The notes under the pieces are model-generated. The model was not told where the DNA came from. It ran no database searches and saw only the letters and a list, made by a program, of their open reading frames with translations. Positions 36,810 through 47,280 of a stretch of DNA of 64,000 nucleotides are shown in pieces; positions within the stretch are counted from its first letter, which is position 1; the number at the start of each line of letters is the position of its first letter. Position numbers and translations under genes: made by a program. Origin of the DNA: an uncultured Bacteroidota bacterium (GTDB lineage: Bacteria; Bacteroidota; Bacteroidia; Flavobacteriales; Flavobacteriaceae); the NCBI GenBank assembly GCA_902515395.1, contig CABXUL010000005.1:9958-73957 (forward strand). Direction: 5' to 3'.

Positions 36810-37876
36810 CAGTCTATAAATACTGCCTTTGCAACACCGTGAGTATTATTTCCTTCTAACTTTGTTAAAAAATCATCTACCCAAATTGCAGGGACTTGAG
36901 TTTGGGTTTCGGTAGCTACATCACCAGCAACTACAACAAACCCATCTGCAGCAGCTACATCATAGGCTGTACTAACCCACATATTATTAAAGACTCCACC
37001 TGGAAGATCAAATTTTGTTCCATCGTGCCAATAATGTGCATAAGTTCCCCCAGTTCCTGGTATATCGTTCCCATTGTCAGTCTCTATAATCCAATCTATC
37101 TTACCAGCCACATATACCCCAGTTTCATCTACAAAACCCCTATAACCTTCACCTCCATAAATACCTTTTTGCCACCCTCCACCATTTGGCATATCTTTTC
37201 TTGAATTTAACTTCCAATATGATGCTTTAGGTGCATAACCAGTCATATTATTAGGTGCCATGTTAAATCCAAAGAAATAAGGGGTTCCATTATAAATTTT
37301 AACATCCTTAACTTCACCATCTCCTCCGGAAGGTACACTTAAATTGGACCTATTGCCATTTTTCCATCTAGCTGGAATAACATAATGATGATTATTCATA
37401 TAGTATCCGCCTACAAATACATCCCCATTTTGTTTTATTGCTATACCATATCCTGATGAATCACCACCAGATAATTTGTTTTTTTTTGTGTTTTTCCAGT
37501 AACACGCCCCGTCGTCTCTTCCGGCTATATATACGTCACCGTCATGAACAGCTATAGAATAAGCTTCTGCACCATTACCCTCTAAATCAAATGATTCATT
37601 ATCGATCCAGTAAGAAGCTGACCCTCCATAATTCCATCCAACAGCATAGACTTTACCATCACTTACCACAATATCTTCAAGTTGACCGGGACCAAGATCT
37701 ACTCTTTTTCCGTTTAGCCAATAACATGCAGTACTATTACCAGATTCGTCTGCAATATATCCGGCGACATAAATATTTCTGTCAGAGATTAATTCACTAC
37801 TAACATTTACAGTGTCTTTTTCTGAACAACTTATTGAGATAAATGTTAGTAATGTAAGGGTAAATATTTTTCTCAT
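36809..37876 (-). CDS. Lipoprotein built of seven ~40-aa Kelch-like beta-propeller repeats
   Basis: 355 aa with lipobox ISISC followed by SEKD. Seven repeats follow the pattern [VI]Y[VI]AG ... A.YW.NG....L (for example IYVAGYIADESGNSTACYWLNGKRVDL, VYIAGRDDGACYWKNTKKNKL, VYVAGKID...AHYWHDGTKFDL). Confidence 0.6.
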   Translation of the reverse strand: MRKIFTLTLLTFISISCSEKDTVNVSSELISDRNIYVAGYIADESGNSTACYWLNGKRVDLGPGQLEDIVVSDGKVYAVGWNYGGSASYWIDNESFDLEGNGAEAYSIAVHDGDVYIAGRDDGACYWKNTKKNKLSGGDSSGYGIAIKQNGDVFVGGYYMNNHHYVIPARWKNGNRSNLSVPSGGDGEVKDVKIYNGTPYFFGFNMAPNNMTGYAPKASYWKLNSRKDMPNGGGWQKGIYGGEGYRGFVDETGVYVAGKIDWIIETDNGNDIPGTGGTYAHYWHDGTKFDLPGGVFNNMWVSTAYDVAAADGFVVVAGDVATETQTQVPAIWVDDFLTKLEGNNTHGVAKAVFID

Positions 37877-37898
37877 TTATAATATTATTAATTGTTCG

Positions 37899-37906
37899 CA
37901 AAGGTA
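37899..37906 (-). promoter_or_regulatory. Candidate -7 promoter box (TACCTTTG) for the propeller lipoprotein gene
   Basis: The minus strand reads TACCTTTG (TAnnTTTG), 22 nt upstream of the ATG at 37876. Confidence 0.4.
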
Positions 37907-38136
37907 TATTTTGTATTGAAATCCCCTCAATATTGGTATTGAAAGTTTTTTGGGAAATGGTTTTCAATAATTTTCTAATTAATTATGTAAAGTTTACATT
38001 AAAACTAAAAAATATTAAGTAAGATTATTGTGAGGTTAAAAGGTTTTATTAGGTTTCTGCAATCTTCGCAACTGATTATAAATCAAAATTTTAACAAAAT
38101 CGGTTCACAGCCATAATTGTAATTTTAAAACTTGGG

Positions 38137-40092
38137 TTAAAGAACTCTATTTAGTCTCTTTGAGATAACTTTTTTTAGCTGTTGATAGCTTAATATGTCT
38201 TGAAGAATATCATCATTTTTATTATTTAGTTTGGTTTGTTCTTGAAGTTCAATAATTTTTTGATCGATCAAAAAACGTCTCAAAGATAAAATCGTCTCAC
38301 TTACCAGCTGAACAACTTCAGTACCCTTATTTTTAACAAAAATATTCCGCTTTTCCCATTCGTGAAGCTGATGTTGTTCATGTCTCATAACCAAGTCGGT
38401 AATTATTTCATTTTGATCTAAATCATTCGATTGCATTAATTTTTCAAGATTAATGTTACCGCCATGTTTTTGATGACTTTCAACTAATTGATAGAAAAGA
38501 TTTCTAAAGTTATCATTTGATAGTTCAACCTCATCTTCCTGTAAATCCAAAAAAATTTTTTCATAAACCTTAACATTAGTAGTCTTAGACTCTTCGATTA
38601 ATTCACCTTTATCATCAGTCTGCATAATAGAATCTTCAAAATCTAATTCTAAATTACCATAAGTTAAAAGAATAAAAATAATTTGTTTTTCTAACTCGAA
38701 AATTTGATCAACTTTAAGACTGGGAGTCTTTGTTTTTTTTAAAAGGGTTTTCTCAGGTTTCGAAATTATTTTTTTCGAACCTATTTGCTTATTTTTTTGA
38801 TTTAATTGAGCTAAGGCACTAAATAAAGCTTCCTCAGAAATATCCATGATACTAGCACAGTTTCGAATGTAAATTTCTTGTTTGATTACATTAGGTATTT
38901 TTGAAATACTATGAATAATTTCTAAAACGGTATTGGCCTTTTTGATTGGATCATTCTTAGCTTCCTCAGAAAGCAATGAAGCTTTAAACTGAATGAAATC
39001 TTTTGGTGCTTTTTCCAAGAAAGAGATAATATCACTTGTATTATTTTTTTTTGCAAAACTGTCTGGATCCTCCCCTTCGGGAAAACTACAAACCCTAACA
39101 TTCATACCTTGCTCTAAAATCAGATCAATTCCCCTGAGCGAAGCTCTTAATCCAGCTGCATCTCCATCAAAAAGGACAACAATGTTACTAGTTAATCGGT
39201 TGATCATTCTAATTTGATCAACTGTTAAAGAAGTTCCAGAGGACGAAACAATATTAGTAATTCCAGATTGATGCATTTGAATCACATCAGTGTATCCCTC
39301 TACCAAATAGCAAATATCTTTTTTAGCAATCGCCTGTTTGGACTCATAAATACCGTAGAGTACTTTACTTTTTTGATAAATATCACTTTCAGGGGAATTT
39401 AAATATTTAGCTGTTTTAGATTTAGTCGACAGTATTCTTCCACCAAAACCAAGTACGCGGCCTGACATACTTCTTATAGGAAAGATCACCCTCCCTCTAA
39501 ATCTATCAACTTGACTTCCCTCATTGACAACGACCAAACCTGTACTTTCTAGGAACTTTAATTGATAGCCATCCTTTTGAGCCTGTTTGGCAAATGCATC
39601 GAATTGTTCAGGTGCATAACCTAGGGAAAACTTTTTTTTCGTTTCTTCTGTAAAACCTCTTTCTTTAAAATAAGTCAAGCCAATAGACTTTCCCTCCTCA
39701 GTCTCTTTTAAAGAATTCTCAAAAAATTGAGTTGCATATTCAGTAACCAAAAACATGCTTTCTTTTAAGTCTTTAATTTTTCTATTCTCTGAGGACTGAA
39801 CGGTTTCCTCAATTTCGATATTATACTTTTTGGCAAGAAAACGGATAGCCTCAGGGTAGGTGAAGTGTTCATGTTCCATTAAAAAAGCAATTACATTACC
39901 TCCTTTTCCACTACTGAAGTCTTTCCAAATTTGCTTAGAGGGAGAAACCATAAAACTGGGTGTTTTTTCTTGAGAAAAAGGGCTTAGTCCCTTAAAATTA
40001 GCTCCAGATTTTTTTAGGGTAACAAATTCTCCGATTACTTCCTCCAGTCGGGTAGTTTCATAAACTTGATCTATTGTATTTCTTGATATCAA
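38137..40092 (-). CDS. dnaG: DNA primase
   Basis: 651 aa. Zn-finger region (FKGLSPFSQEKTPSFMVSP) and TOPRIM motifs (EGYTDV, LFDGDAAG). TTG start codon (plus-strand CAA at 40090-40092), and the N-terminus MISRNTIDQVYE is typical for DnaG. Confidence 0.95.
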   Translation of the reverse strand: MISRNTIDQVYETTRLEEVIGEFVTLKKSGANFKGLSPFSQEKTPSFMVSPSKQIWKDFSSGKGGNVIAFLMEHEHFTYPEAIRFLAKKYNIEIEETVQSSENRKIKDLKESMFLVTEYATQFFENSLKETEEGKSIGLTYFKERGFTEETKKKFSLGYAPEQFDAFAKQAQKDGYQLKFLESTGLVVVNEGSQVDRFRGRVIFPIRSMSGRVLGFGGRILSTKSKTAKYLNSPESDIYQKSKVLYGIYESKQAIAKKDICYLVEGYTDVIQMHQSGITNIVSSSGTSLTVDQIRMINRLTSNIVVLFDGDAAGLRASLRGIDLILEQGMNVRVCSFPEGEDPDSFAKKNNTSDIISFLEKAPKDFIQFKASLLSEEAKNDPIKKANTVLEIIHSISKIPNVIKQEIYIRNCASIMDISEEALFSALAQLNQKNKQIGSKKIISKPEKTLLKKTKTPSLKVDQIFELEKQIIFILLTYGNLELDFEDSIMQTDDKGELIEESKTTNVKVYEKIFLDLQEDEVELSNDNFRNLFYQLVESHQKHGGNINLEKLMQSNDLDQNEIITDLVMRHEQHQLHEWEKRNIFVKNKGTEVVQLVSETILSLRRFLIDQKIIELQEQTKLNNKNDDILQDILSYQQLKKVISKRLNRVL

Positions 40093-40180
40093 ATCAAAAA
40101 GAAAATTTACATAAAAATATAATTATATAATCACTGAGCAAAAAAGGCTAAAGAAATTAAAATCAAAATTATGAACAGCC

Positions 40181-41158
40181 TTATACAGGCCTTTCAATAA
40201 CGTAATTGACCATTAGCTCTAGTGATTTTCTGTAGGGACTTTCAGGTAGATCTTTTAGAATTTCAAGAGCTTTAACACGATAACCCTCCATTTTTTTTTC
40301 AGCAAAATTTAATCCTCCTACAATCTTTATTTTTTTTATTGCCTCTTTTACTCTTTTTTTGTCTTTATTGTGGTTTTTAACAGTATTAATTAACCATTTT
40401 CTTTCACTTGGTTCCATTACATTTAAAGCATGAATCATGGGAAGTGTCATCTTTTGATCCTTGATATCAATTCCTGTAGGTTTTCCTATTTTTCCCTCTG
40501 AATAATCGAAGAGGTCGTCTTTGATTTGAAAAGCCATACCTAATAATTCACCAAAACTGAACATTTTTTTAACCTCTTCATCAGTAGCTAAAACAGATTT
40601 AGCTCCCATAGCACAGCAGGCAGCTAAAAGAGTAGCTGTTTTCTGACGAATTATATCATAATAAATATCTTCGGTTATATCAAGATCCCTTGCTTTTTCA
40701 ATTTGCATTAACTCTCCTTGACTCATCTCCCTAACGGCAATTGAAATAATTTTAAGTAAATCGAAATCTTCATTTTCTATTGAAAGCAGCAAGCCTTTTG
40801 ATAAAAGATAATCACCTACTAAAACTGCGATTTTATTTTTCCACAAAGCATTAATAGAGAAAAAACCTCTGCGCTCATTACTATCATCTACCACATCATC
40901 ATGAACAAGTGTTGCAGTGTGAATCAATTCAATTACAGCAGCCCCCCTGAAGGATCTTTCATTAACCCTACCATTTCCCATCATCTTAGCGACAAGAAAA
41001 ACAAACATCGGACGCATTTGCTTTCCTTTTCTATTAACTATAAAATGAGTAATTCTATTTAGTAGTGAAACATGGGAGGACATAGATTTGGAAAACTTTT
41101 TTTCGAAAAGTTCCATTTCTTCGTAAATGGGTTCCTTAATTTTTTCCACAACTTTCAT
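40181..41158 (-). CDS. Polyprenyl diphosphate synthase (trans-isoprenyl, long/medium chain)
   Basis: 325 aa with two Asp-rich motifs, LVHDDVVDDS and FQIKDDLFD. Confidence 0.85.
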   Translation of the reverse strand: MKVVEKIKEPIYEEMELFEKKFSKSMSSHVSLLNRITHFIVNRKGKQMRPMFVFLVAKMMGNGRVNERSFRGAAVIELIHTATLVHDDVVDDSNERRGFFSINALWKNKIAVLVGDYLLSKGLLLSIENEDFDLLKIISIAVREMSQGELMQIEKARDLDITEDIYYDIIRQKTATLLAACCAMGAKSVLATDEEVKKMFSFGELLGMAFQIKDDLFDYSEGKIGKPTGIDIKDQKMTLPMIHALNVMEPSERKWLINTVKNHNKDKKRVKEAIKKIKIVGGLNFAEKKMEGYRVKALEILKDLPESPYRKSLELMVNYVIERPV

Positions 41159-41199
41159 ACCTTAGTAAAGATACCACTATTCCTAAAGGTATTATAAAT

Positions 41200-42255
41200 T
41201 TATATTTTTATGGATTTGTTCGCCAGCTGACCACAGGCAGCATCAATGTCCTTACCCCTAGATCTTCTTAAAGTAACAGTAATTCTATTAGCCTCAAGTG
41301 CAGATCGATAATCACTAATAGTATCATTATCAGCTTGTAGAAATTCGTTTTCCCCAATGGGATTGTATTCAATCAAGTTAACCTTGCAAGGAGTGGATTT
41401 ACAAAGATCGACTAATGCATCAATATCCTCTTTTTTGTCATTAATCTTTTTCCAAACAATGTATTCATAGGTTACTGGCTTCGAAGTCTTTTCATACCAA
41501 TATTGAATTGAAGTTACCAATTCATTTAGAGGAAATTTCTTTGCAAAAGGCATTAATTGTTCTCTTACCGACTGTCTTGCACTATGCAATGATACAGCCA
41601 AACTAAATTTCACACCGTCATCTGCCATTTTTATTATCATTTTTGGAATACCCGAAGTAGAAACTGTAATCCTGCTAGGTGAAATCGCCAAGCCATCAGG
41701 CTGAGTCATTTTCTCGATAGAAGCGATCATGTTTTTGTAATTCATTAGTGGTTCCCCCATACCCATAAAAACAATGTTAGATAATGGGCGTCCATAATAG
41801 TATCGACTTTGCTGATCCATTGCTTTCACTTGATCATATATTTCGTCCATATTTAAATTCCGCATGCGTTTTATCTTTGCGGTAGCGCAAAATTTACAAT
41901 CAAGACTGCAACCTACCTGAGACGAAACACAAGCTGTTGTTCTAGTTGCTGTCGGAATCAATACAGACTCAACAATAAATTTATCAAATAATTTAACTTT
42001 ATTTTTGATTGTGCCATCCTTACTTCTCTGCTGAGAATCAATGGCTACATGATTGATCACAAAGTGTTTTTTAAGAAATTCTCTTGTGGATTTAGATAAA
42101 TTAGTCATCCTCTCAAAATTGTGAATACCTTTTTGCCAAAGCCATTTATAGACCTGATTACCACGAAAAGCTTGATGACTATTTTTTATAAAAAAGTCGC
42201 GTAATTCATCAACGGAAAGTGAACGGATGTCTTTTTTATTTTCCTTATCCATCAT
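41200..42255 (-). CDS. rlmN: 23S rRNA/tRNA (adenine-C2)-methyltransferase, radical SAM
   Basis: 351 aa with CSLDCKFCAT (CxxxCxxC), GMGEPL and C-terminal DIDAACGQL. Confidence 0.9.
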   Translation of the reverse strand: MMDKENKKDIRSLSVDELRDFFIKNSHQAFRGNQVYKWLWQKGIHNFERMTNLSKSTREFLKKHFVINHVAIDSQQRSKDGTIKNKVKLFDKFIVESVLIPTATRTTACVSSQVGCSLDCKFCATAKIKRMRNLNMDEIYDQVKAMDQQSRYYYGRPLSNIVFMGMGEPLMNYKNMIASIEKMTQPDGLAISPSRITVSTSGIPKMIIKMADDGVKFSLAVSLHSARQSVREQLMPFAKKFPLNELVTSIQYWYEKTSKPVTYEYIVWKKINDKKEDIDALVDLCKSTPCKVNLIEYNPIGENEFLQADNDTISDYRSALEANRITVTLRRSRGKDIDAACGQLANKSIKI

Positions 42256-42290
42256 TTCATTTTGTTCAACTTACAAAATACTTTGAGGAT

Positions 42291-43340
42291 TTAAAGTACC
42301 AGCATAGCATCACCATAGGAATAAAAATTATATTTATTCTTTATTGCTTGGCTGTAGGCCTCTTTAATAAAATCTACATCAGCAAAAGCAGAAACCATCA
42401 TTAATAAAGTGGATTTTGGTGTATGAAAATTTGTAATCATTGCATTTGCAATGGAAAAATCATAAGGAGGGAAGATAAACTTATGCGTCCATCCCTCAAA
42501 TGAGTTCAAAGAGCCCATTGACGAAACTGAACTCTCTAATCCTCTCATTACTGTTGTTCCAACTGCACAGATTTTTCTTTTATTTTTTTTAGCATTATTT
42601 ACTGTGGAAGCTGTATCCTGACTAATTATTAATTCTTCAGAATCCATTTTATGCTTAGATAAATCCTCAACCTCAACAGGACTAAAAGTACCCAATCCTA
42701 CATGAAGCGTTAATTCAGCTAAATCGATGCCTTTAATTTGAAGCTTTTTAATTAAATGCTTAGAAAAGTGTAATCCTGCCGTTGGAGCTGCAACTGCACC
42801 CTCATACTTAGCGTAAATTGTTTGATATCGTTCCTCGTCCTCAACCTCAATAGGTCGATTAATGTATTTAGGAAGTGGAGTTTGTCCTAATGCTTTAAGC
42901 TTGGAGCGAAACTCACTGTAGGAACCATCAAAAAGAAAACGTAATGTCCTTCCTCTAGAAGTTGTGTTATCAATTACCTCAGCGACTAGGCTGTCATCGT
43001 TACCAAAATATAGCTTATTACCAATTCTAATTTTTCGGGCTGGGTCTACCAAAACATCCCACAATCGCTGTTCTTCGTTTAATTCACGAAGTAAAAAAAC
43101 CTCAATTTTAGCTCCAGTCTTCTCTTTATTTCCAAAAAGTCTAGCAGGAAAAACTTTAGTATTATTTAAAACCATTACATCCCCCTCATCAAAGAAATCT
43201 ATTATATCTTTAAAGGTATGGTGAGCAATTGTTTTATCTGCACGGTTTAGTACCATGAGTCTAGATTCATCTCTACCAGCTGAGGGATGTTGTGCTAATA
43301 AATTTTTAGGAAGTTCAAAATTAAAATCTGATAATTTCAT
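42291..43340 (-). CDS. queA: S-adenosylmethionine:tRNA ribosyltransferase-isomerase
   Basis: Start placed at ATG 43340 ([19 protein letters not shown], the canonical QueA N-terminus). The 17-codon upstream extension in the ORF track covers the promoter region. Confidence 0.9.
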   Translation of the reverse strand: MKLSDFNFELPKNLLAQHPSAGRDESRLMVLNRADKTIAHHTFKDIIDFFDEGDVMVLNNTKVFPARLFGNKEKTGAKIEVFLLRELNEEQRLWDVLVDPARKIRIGNKLYFGNDDSLVAEVIDNTTSRGRTLRFLFDGSYSEFRSKLKALGQTPLPKYINRPIEVEDEERYQTIYAKYEGAVAAPTAGLHFSKHLIKKLQIKGIDLAELTLHVGLGTFSPVEVEDLSKHKMDSEELIISQDTASTVNNAKKNKRKICAVGTTVMRGLESSVSSMGSLNSFEGWTHKFIFPPYDFSIANAMITNFHTPKSTLLMMVSAFADVDFIKEAYSQAIKNKYNFYSYGDAMLVL

Positions 43341-43359
43341 ATTATATTTTTTTGCCTTG

Positions 43360-43367
43360 CAAATATA
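43360..43367 (-). promoter_or_regulatory. Candidate -7 promoter box (TATATTTG) for queA
   Basis: The minus strand reads TATATTTG, 19 nt upstream of the queA ATG at 43340. Confidence 0.4.
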
Positions 43368-43414
43368 AGTTCTGAAAGGGGGGGATGTCAAGTAAATTAT
43401 AAAGAAAAGGCGAT

Positions 43415-44641
43415 CTAAATTATTTCCTTAATGAAATCAATACTTTTAAGATCATTCCAAAAAGTAGGATAGGATTTAGATACGACTTGAGAATCATTGA
43501 TAATTATAGGTACCTTCAAAGCCAATGGAGCAAAAGCCATTGCCATTCGGTGATCATTATAGGTGTTAATAGCGATATTATTCTTTAACTGAGGACTTGG
43601 ATAAAGCTTTAAACTATTTCTGGTAATGTCGACTTTCGCTCCTAATTTCTCCATTTCAATTTTTAGTGCGCTCAAGCGATCAGTTTCTTTTATTTTTAAG
43701 GTATGTAGACCACTGAGCTTACATGCAATGCCTAGTCCAAGACAACTAACTGCTATAGTTTGAGCCAAATCAGGAGTATTTCTTAAATCAAGATTAATCA
43801 ATTTAGCAACATTAAAGCCCTCTACTTTGGATAGTTTAATCGTTCCATTATGAAAGGAAGTCACCACACCCAAACTATTGTATATTTCAGATAACGCAGA
43901 ATCTCCTTGATTACTTTCTTTTTTAAATCTGCTTAAGTTTATATGGCCTCCTTTACACAAGGCTAAAATTGAATAAAAATAAGAGGCAGAGCTCCAATCG
44001 GATTCTACAGACCAAATTTTTGGCTCAATACAAGTAGCTGATGCTATTTTAATTTGATTATTTTTATAAGAAGTATTAAAGCCTAATTGATCTAATATCG
44101 TTTTTGTCATTATTATATAAGGAACTGAGGTCATCTCCCCAACCAAGTCAATTGTCAATCCTTTTTCTAGGGAAGTTGCTATTAACATCAATGCGGAGAT
44201 ATACTGGCTGCTTATATTTGCTGGTAAAGTAACTTTACTTTTACTAATTTTTTTTCCTCTTATTCTTAATGGTGGGTAACCATCTTTTTTATCATAACTT
44301 ATTTCAGCACCTAAATCTTTCAATGCATTTACTAAATGCCTTATGGGGCGCTCTTGCATTCGTTTTGAGCCAGTGAGAATAATTTCTCGATCCGGTTGGA
44401 TTGATAAATAAGCTGTTAAAAATCTCATTGCAGTTCCAGCATGATGAATATTTATAATGGAATCAGAAGAATTCAAAGCATCCTTGGTAACCTTTGTGTC
44501 ATCAGAATTGGATAGATTTTCAATTTCAATTTTTGGGAATAAAGCTTGTAATATCAATAGACGATTTGACTCACTTTTTGAACCAGATATTTTAAGATCT
44601 CCTCTTATATAGCTAGATTTATGCTCCAATCTGACCCTCAT
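43415..44641 (-). CDS. aroA: 3-phosphoshikimate 1-carboxyvinyltransferase (EPSP synthase)
   Basis: SGSKSESNR and HAGTAMRFL motifs. Start placed at ATG 44641 (MRVRLEH...), which removes the overlap with the upstream MazG-like gene. Confidence 0.9.
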   Translation of the reverse strand: MRVRLEHKSSYIRGDLKISGSKSESNRLLILQALFPKIEIENLSNSDDTKVTKDALNSSDSIINIHHAGTAMRFLTAYLSIQPDREIILTGSKRMQERPIRHLVNALKDLGAEISYDKKDGYPPLRIRGKKISKSKVTLPANISSQYISALMLIATSLEKGLTIDLVGEMTSVPYIIMTKTILDQLGFNTSYKNNQIKIASATCIEPKIWSVESDWSSASYFYSILALCKGGHINLSRFKKESNQGDSALSEIYNSLGVVTSFHNGTIKLSKVEGFNVAKLINLDLRNTPDLAQTIAVSCLGLGIACKLSGLHTLKIKETDRLSALKIEMEKLGAKVDITRNSLKLYPSPQLKNNIAINTYNDHRMAMAFAPLALKVPIIINDSQVVSKSYPTFWNDLKSIDFIKEII

Positions 44642-44654
44642 AAATTTCAACGCT

Positions 44655-44981
44655 TTATTGTAACTTAGGGTTATTTTTATGTCTTTCGTGGTCTCTTTTA
44701 GATTTAAGTTGCATTTTTTTATCAAATGCCTTTTGTAAATTAACTCCAGTTTGATTAGCCAAACATAATGTTACAAAAATCACATCGGCTAGCTCTTCTC
44801 CCAAATCTTTGTATTTATCACTTTCCTTTTCGCTTTGCTCACCATATCTTCTAGAGATAATTCTTGCAACCTCACCTACTTCCTCACTTAATTGAGCCAT
44901 ATTGGTCAATTCATCAAAGTAGCGGATACCGTGCTCTTTTATCCAGTCATCTACTTTCTTTTGTACTTTATTTAATTCCAT
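44655..44981 (-). CDS. Small MazG-type nucleotide pyrophosphohydrolase domain protein
   Basis: 108 aa with an EExxE-type metal motif (LSEEVGEVARI) and LGEELADV. Confidence 0.8.
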   Translation of the reverse strand: MELNKVQKKVDDWIKEHGIRYFDELTNMAQLSEEVGEVARIISRRYGEQSEKESDKYKDLGEELADVIFVTLCLANQTGVNLQKAFDKKMQLKSKRDHERHKNNPKLQ

Positions 44982-45053
44982 TTCTTACGAATTTAAAACA
45001 TTCCAAACGCTATCTATAACTAAATCAATAAAATCGTTATCATTTTTTCTTTT

Positions 45054-45746
45054 TCAAATGAAATTTTTAATCTCATTAAGAGTTTTGACAATTGGACAAT
45101 AATCATGTACAGGTTCATTATGAGAATTAAAATGTATGGCTCCCATCCCTGAGTTTACAGCTCCAAGTATATCTGCCTCTAAACTGTCCCCAATCATTAT
45201 ACTTTCTGAAAATTTTGAAGCAGTTAGATTTATAGCATACTTAAAAATTATGGGATTCGGTTTTTTATAACCTACTTTTTCAGCCGTTATTATTTTATCA
45301 AAATAGGGAGATAATCCAGAGTTTTTAATCTTATAATGCTGAACTTTATCAAAACCATTAGTTATAATGTGAAGTTTATATTTTTTTTTAAGCTCTTCCA
45401 GAAGTTTAAAAGCTCCATCAAAAAGATTAGTAAAAGTTGAAAGATAACGAATGTATAATTCGGAAAGTGTGCTAATTTTTTTTAAGTCAAAATCATAATC
45501 AATTGCCTTAAATGTTTCAATTAGGCGTTGGTGTCTTAACTCAATTTGAGTGATTTTGTTTTCGCGATAAAGCTTCCAAAAATTGTGATTGATTCCTTCG
45601 TAAGCAGATAAAAAAGGATCAATAGCAGTCTGAATATTCATTTCCTCAAAAATACGTTCAAAAGTCAGAGAAGAGTTTTTTTCAAAATCCCATAAGGTGT
45701 GATCTAAGTCAAAAAATATATTGCATAAGATTCCTTTATTTAGCAT
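45054..45746 (-). CDS. HAD-superfamily hydrolase (YjjG-like nucleotidase type)
   Basis: 230 aa with DLDHTLWD (DxDxT) and GDSLEADILGA motifs. Confidence 0.8.
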   Translation of the reverse strand: MLNKGILCNIFFDLDHTLWDFEKNSSLTFERIFEEMNIQTAIDPFLSAYEGINHNFWKLYRENKITQIELRHQRLIETFKAIDYDFDLKKISTLSELYIRYLSTFTNLFDGAFKLLEELKKKYKLHIITNGFDKVQHYKIKNSGLSPYFDKIITAEKVGYKKPNPIIFKYAINLTASKFSESIMIGDSLEADILGAVNSGMGAIHFNSHNEPVHDYCPIVKTLNEIKNFI

Positions 45747-47034
45747 GATAATGGAGGTAATTTAGGAATTGATCTCGCCAACTATTTTTCATATTATCTT
45801 TAGTCAAAATAGAATTGGAAACCGAAATAATATGAAATGAAGATCTTGTGCTAAGCCCTTCATACATTTCTTTCAATTTTCTGAATGCTCTATGGTCTGA
45901 AAATTTTCTCATCCCCTCCTCCGTTGCTACGACTGGATTAATTTTTAAAGAAGTTTGTAAATCGATATTTAAATCATAAAAATAAAAGGGAACAGCAGTT
46001 GAAGCACGATATCCTATTACATCATTATATCCCATACTATAGTCTTCCTCCAATTCTTCACTAATTAAACCATAATATGCTTTTGCAGATGAAAATAGTC
46101 CGTAATTAAATCTAACGGATAAGATTTTTTGATGAATAAGTTTTTTTAGGAATTTCCTTTCTTTTGAAAGGATTGAGGAGTCATTTTGTGCATCATATGA
46201 GACCAAAAGAGAGACCTTATTATAATCAGCAACATGTTTTACAAGCTCTCTATAAGCTGTCTTATAAATCGATAGACCCCTTTCAAAATTAGGATTCTTA
46301 GTAAAGAGAAAAAAATATTGGGGATGTATGTTTAATTCCTTAAACAACTTTTCTAATTCATCAAAGTTATCATAAGGGTCTTTTTTTAATCCAAAAAGGA
46401 CCAAAAATTGCTCCGCTATTAAAAAAAAATCTAACTTCCAGACAAACGATATAAAATCAGATAAGTGAAATAATAGAGATTTCTTTTTATATAGGAATGG
46501 ATTGACAACTGAAATTAAAGGTAAGAATTTTGGTTTTTTCCATGAAACATGTGAAAGATCTGGAAAAAAACTATTTAGCTGATCTTTTAATCTTACAGCC
46601 CATAAATCAACAATAGGTTTTTCTAAAAAACTATTTTTATAAGCCAAGCTTTGGTAGGGGGTATAAGAACCTAACTCATCCTTTATATGCGGCAAATATT
46701 CCTCATACCTACTAATTAAATAAAAAGAAGCTGCAAAAACATCGTAAGGTAATCGTGATTCAGATCCAGTTTTAAAAAAAGCTGGAAGTCCTTTCCATTT
46801 TTCAATTTCAAATTCAATTTCCTGAACACCCTGCTGAAATAATAGTTTATGTGACTTTATAAAAAACTCATTTCCAAGCGGTTGTTTAGTATAACTAAAC
46901 TTAGGTCCAGAATGGGAAATAAATTTCTCTATCGTAGAAGTGAATGAAACTGGAAGTTCGAGAATTCTTACAAATATTTGTCTGAAAATATAGGTTAAAC
47001 GAGGCGTAATTTTGTGAGAATAGACAAGTATCAT
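45736..47034 (-). CDS. Conserved hypothetical protein (possibly polysaccharide-deacetylase-like), function unknown
   Basis: 432 aa with no signal peptide or TM helix. The N-terminus MILVYSHKITPRLTYIFRQIF resembles a Bacteroidota-wide uncharacterised family (recollection only). 11-nt overlap with the downstream HAD gene. Confidence 0.35.
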   Translation of the reverse strand: MILVYSHKITPRLTYIFRQIFVRILELPVSFTSTIEKFISHSGPKFSYTKQPLGNEFFIKSHKLLFQQGVQEIEFEIEKWKGLPAFFKTGSESRLPYDVFAASFYLISRYEEYLPHIKDELGSYTPYQSLAYKNSFLEKPIVDLWAVRLKDQLNSFFPDLSHVSWKKPKFLPLISVVNPFLYKKKSLLFHLSDFISFVWKLDFFLIAEQFLVLFGLKKDPYDNFDELEKLFKELNIHPQYFFLFTKNPNFERGLSIYKTAYRELVKHVADYNKVSLLVSYDAQNDSSILSKERKFLKKLIHQKILSVRFNYGLFSSAKAYYGLISEELEEDYSMGYNDVIGYRASTAVPFYFYDLNIDLQTSLKINPVVATEEGMRKFSDHRAFRKLKEMYEGLSTRSSFHIISVSNSILTKDNMKNSWRDQFLNYLHYHAK

Positions 47035-47280
47035 TTTGAATAAGCTTTCAACTTTAAGGCTAAAATTAGCTATTTCTAAAATAATAAGATGATCTAAAAT
47101 TATAATTTCAAAAGTATTAGCAGTGTTAAAAATTTAATAGAAATATACTTCCTCTCTAAAATTAATTTAACATAATGTTTGTGATCTAAAGAATATGTAT
47201 TTACGACCTAATTAATTTATTAAATAATATTAAAATAAAATTGTTACTCAAAAATGATTGTACTTTTTTATTTGAATAAT

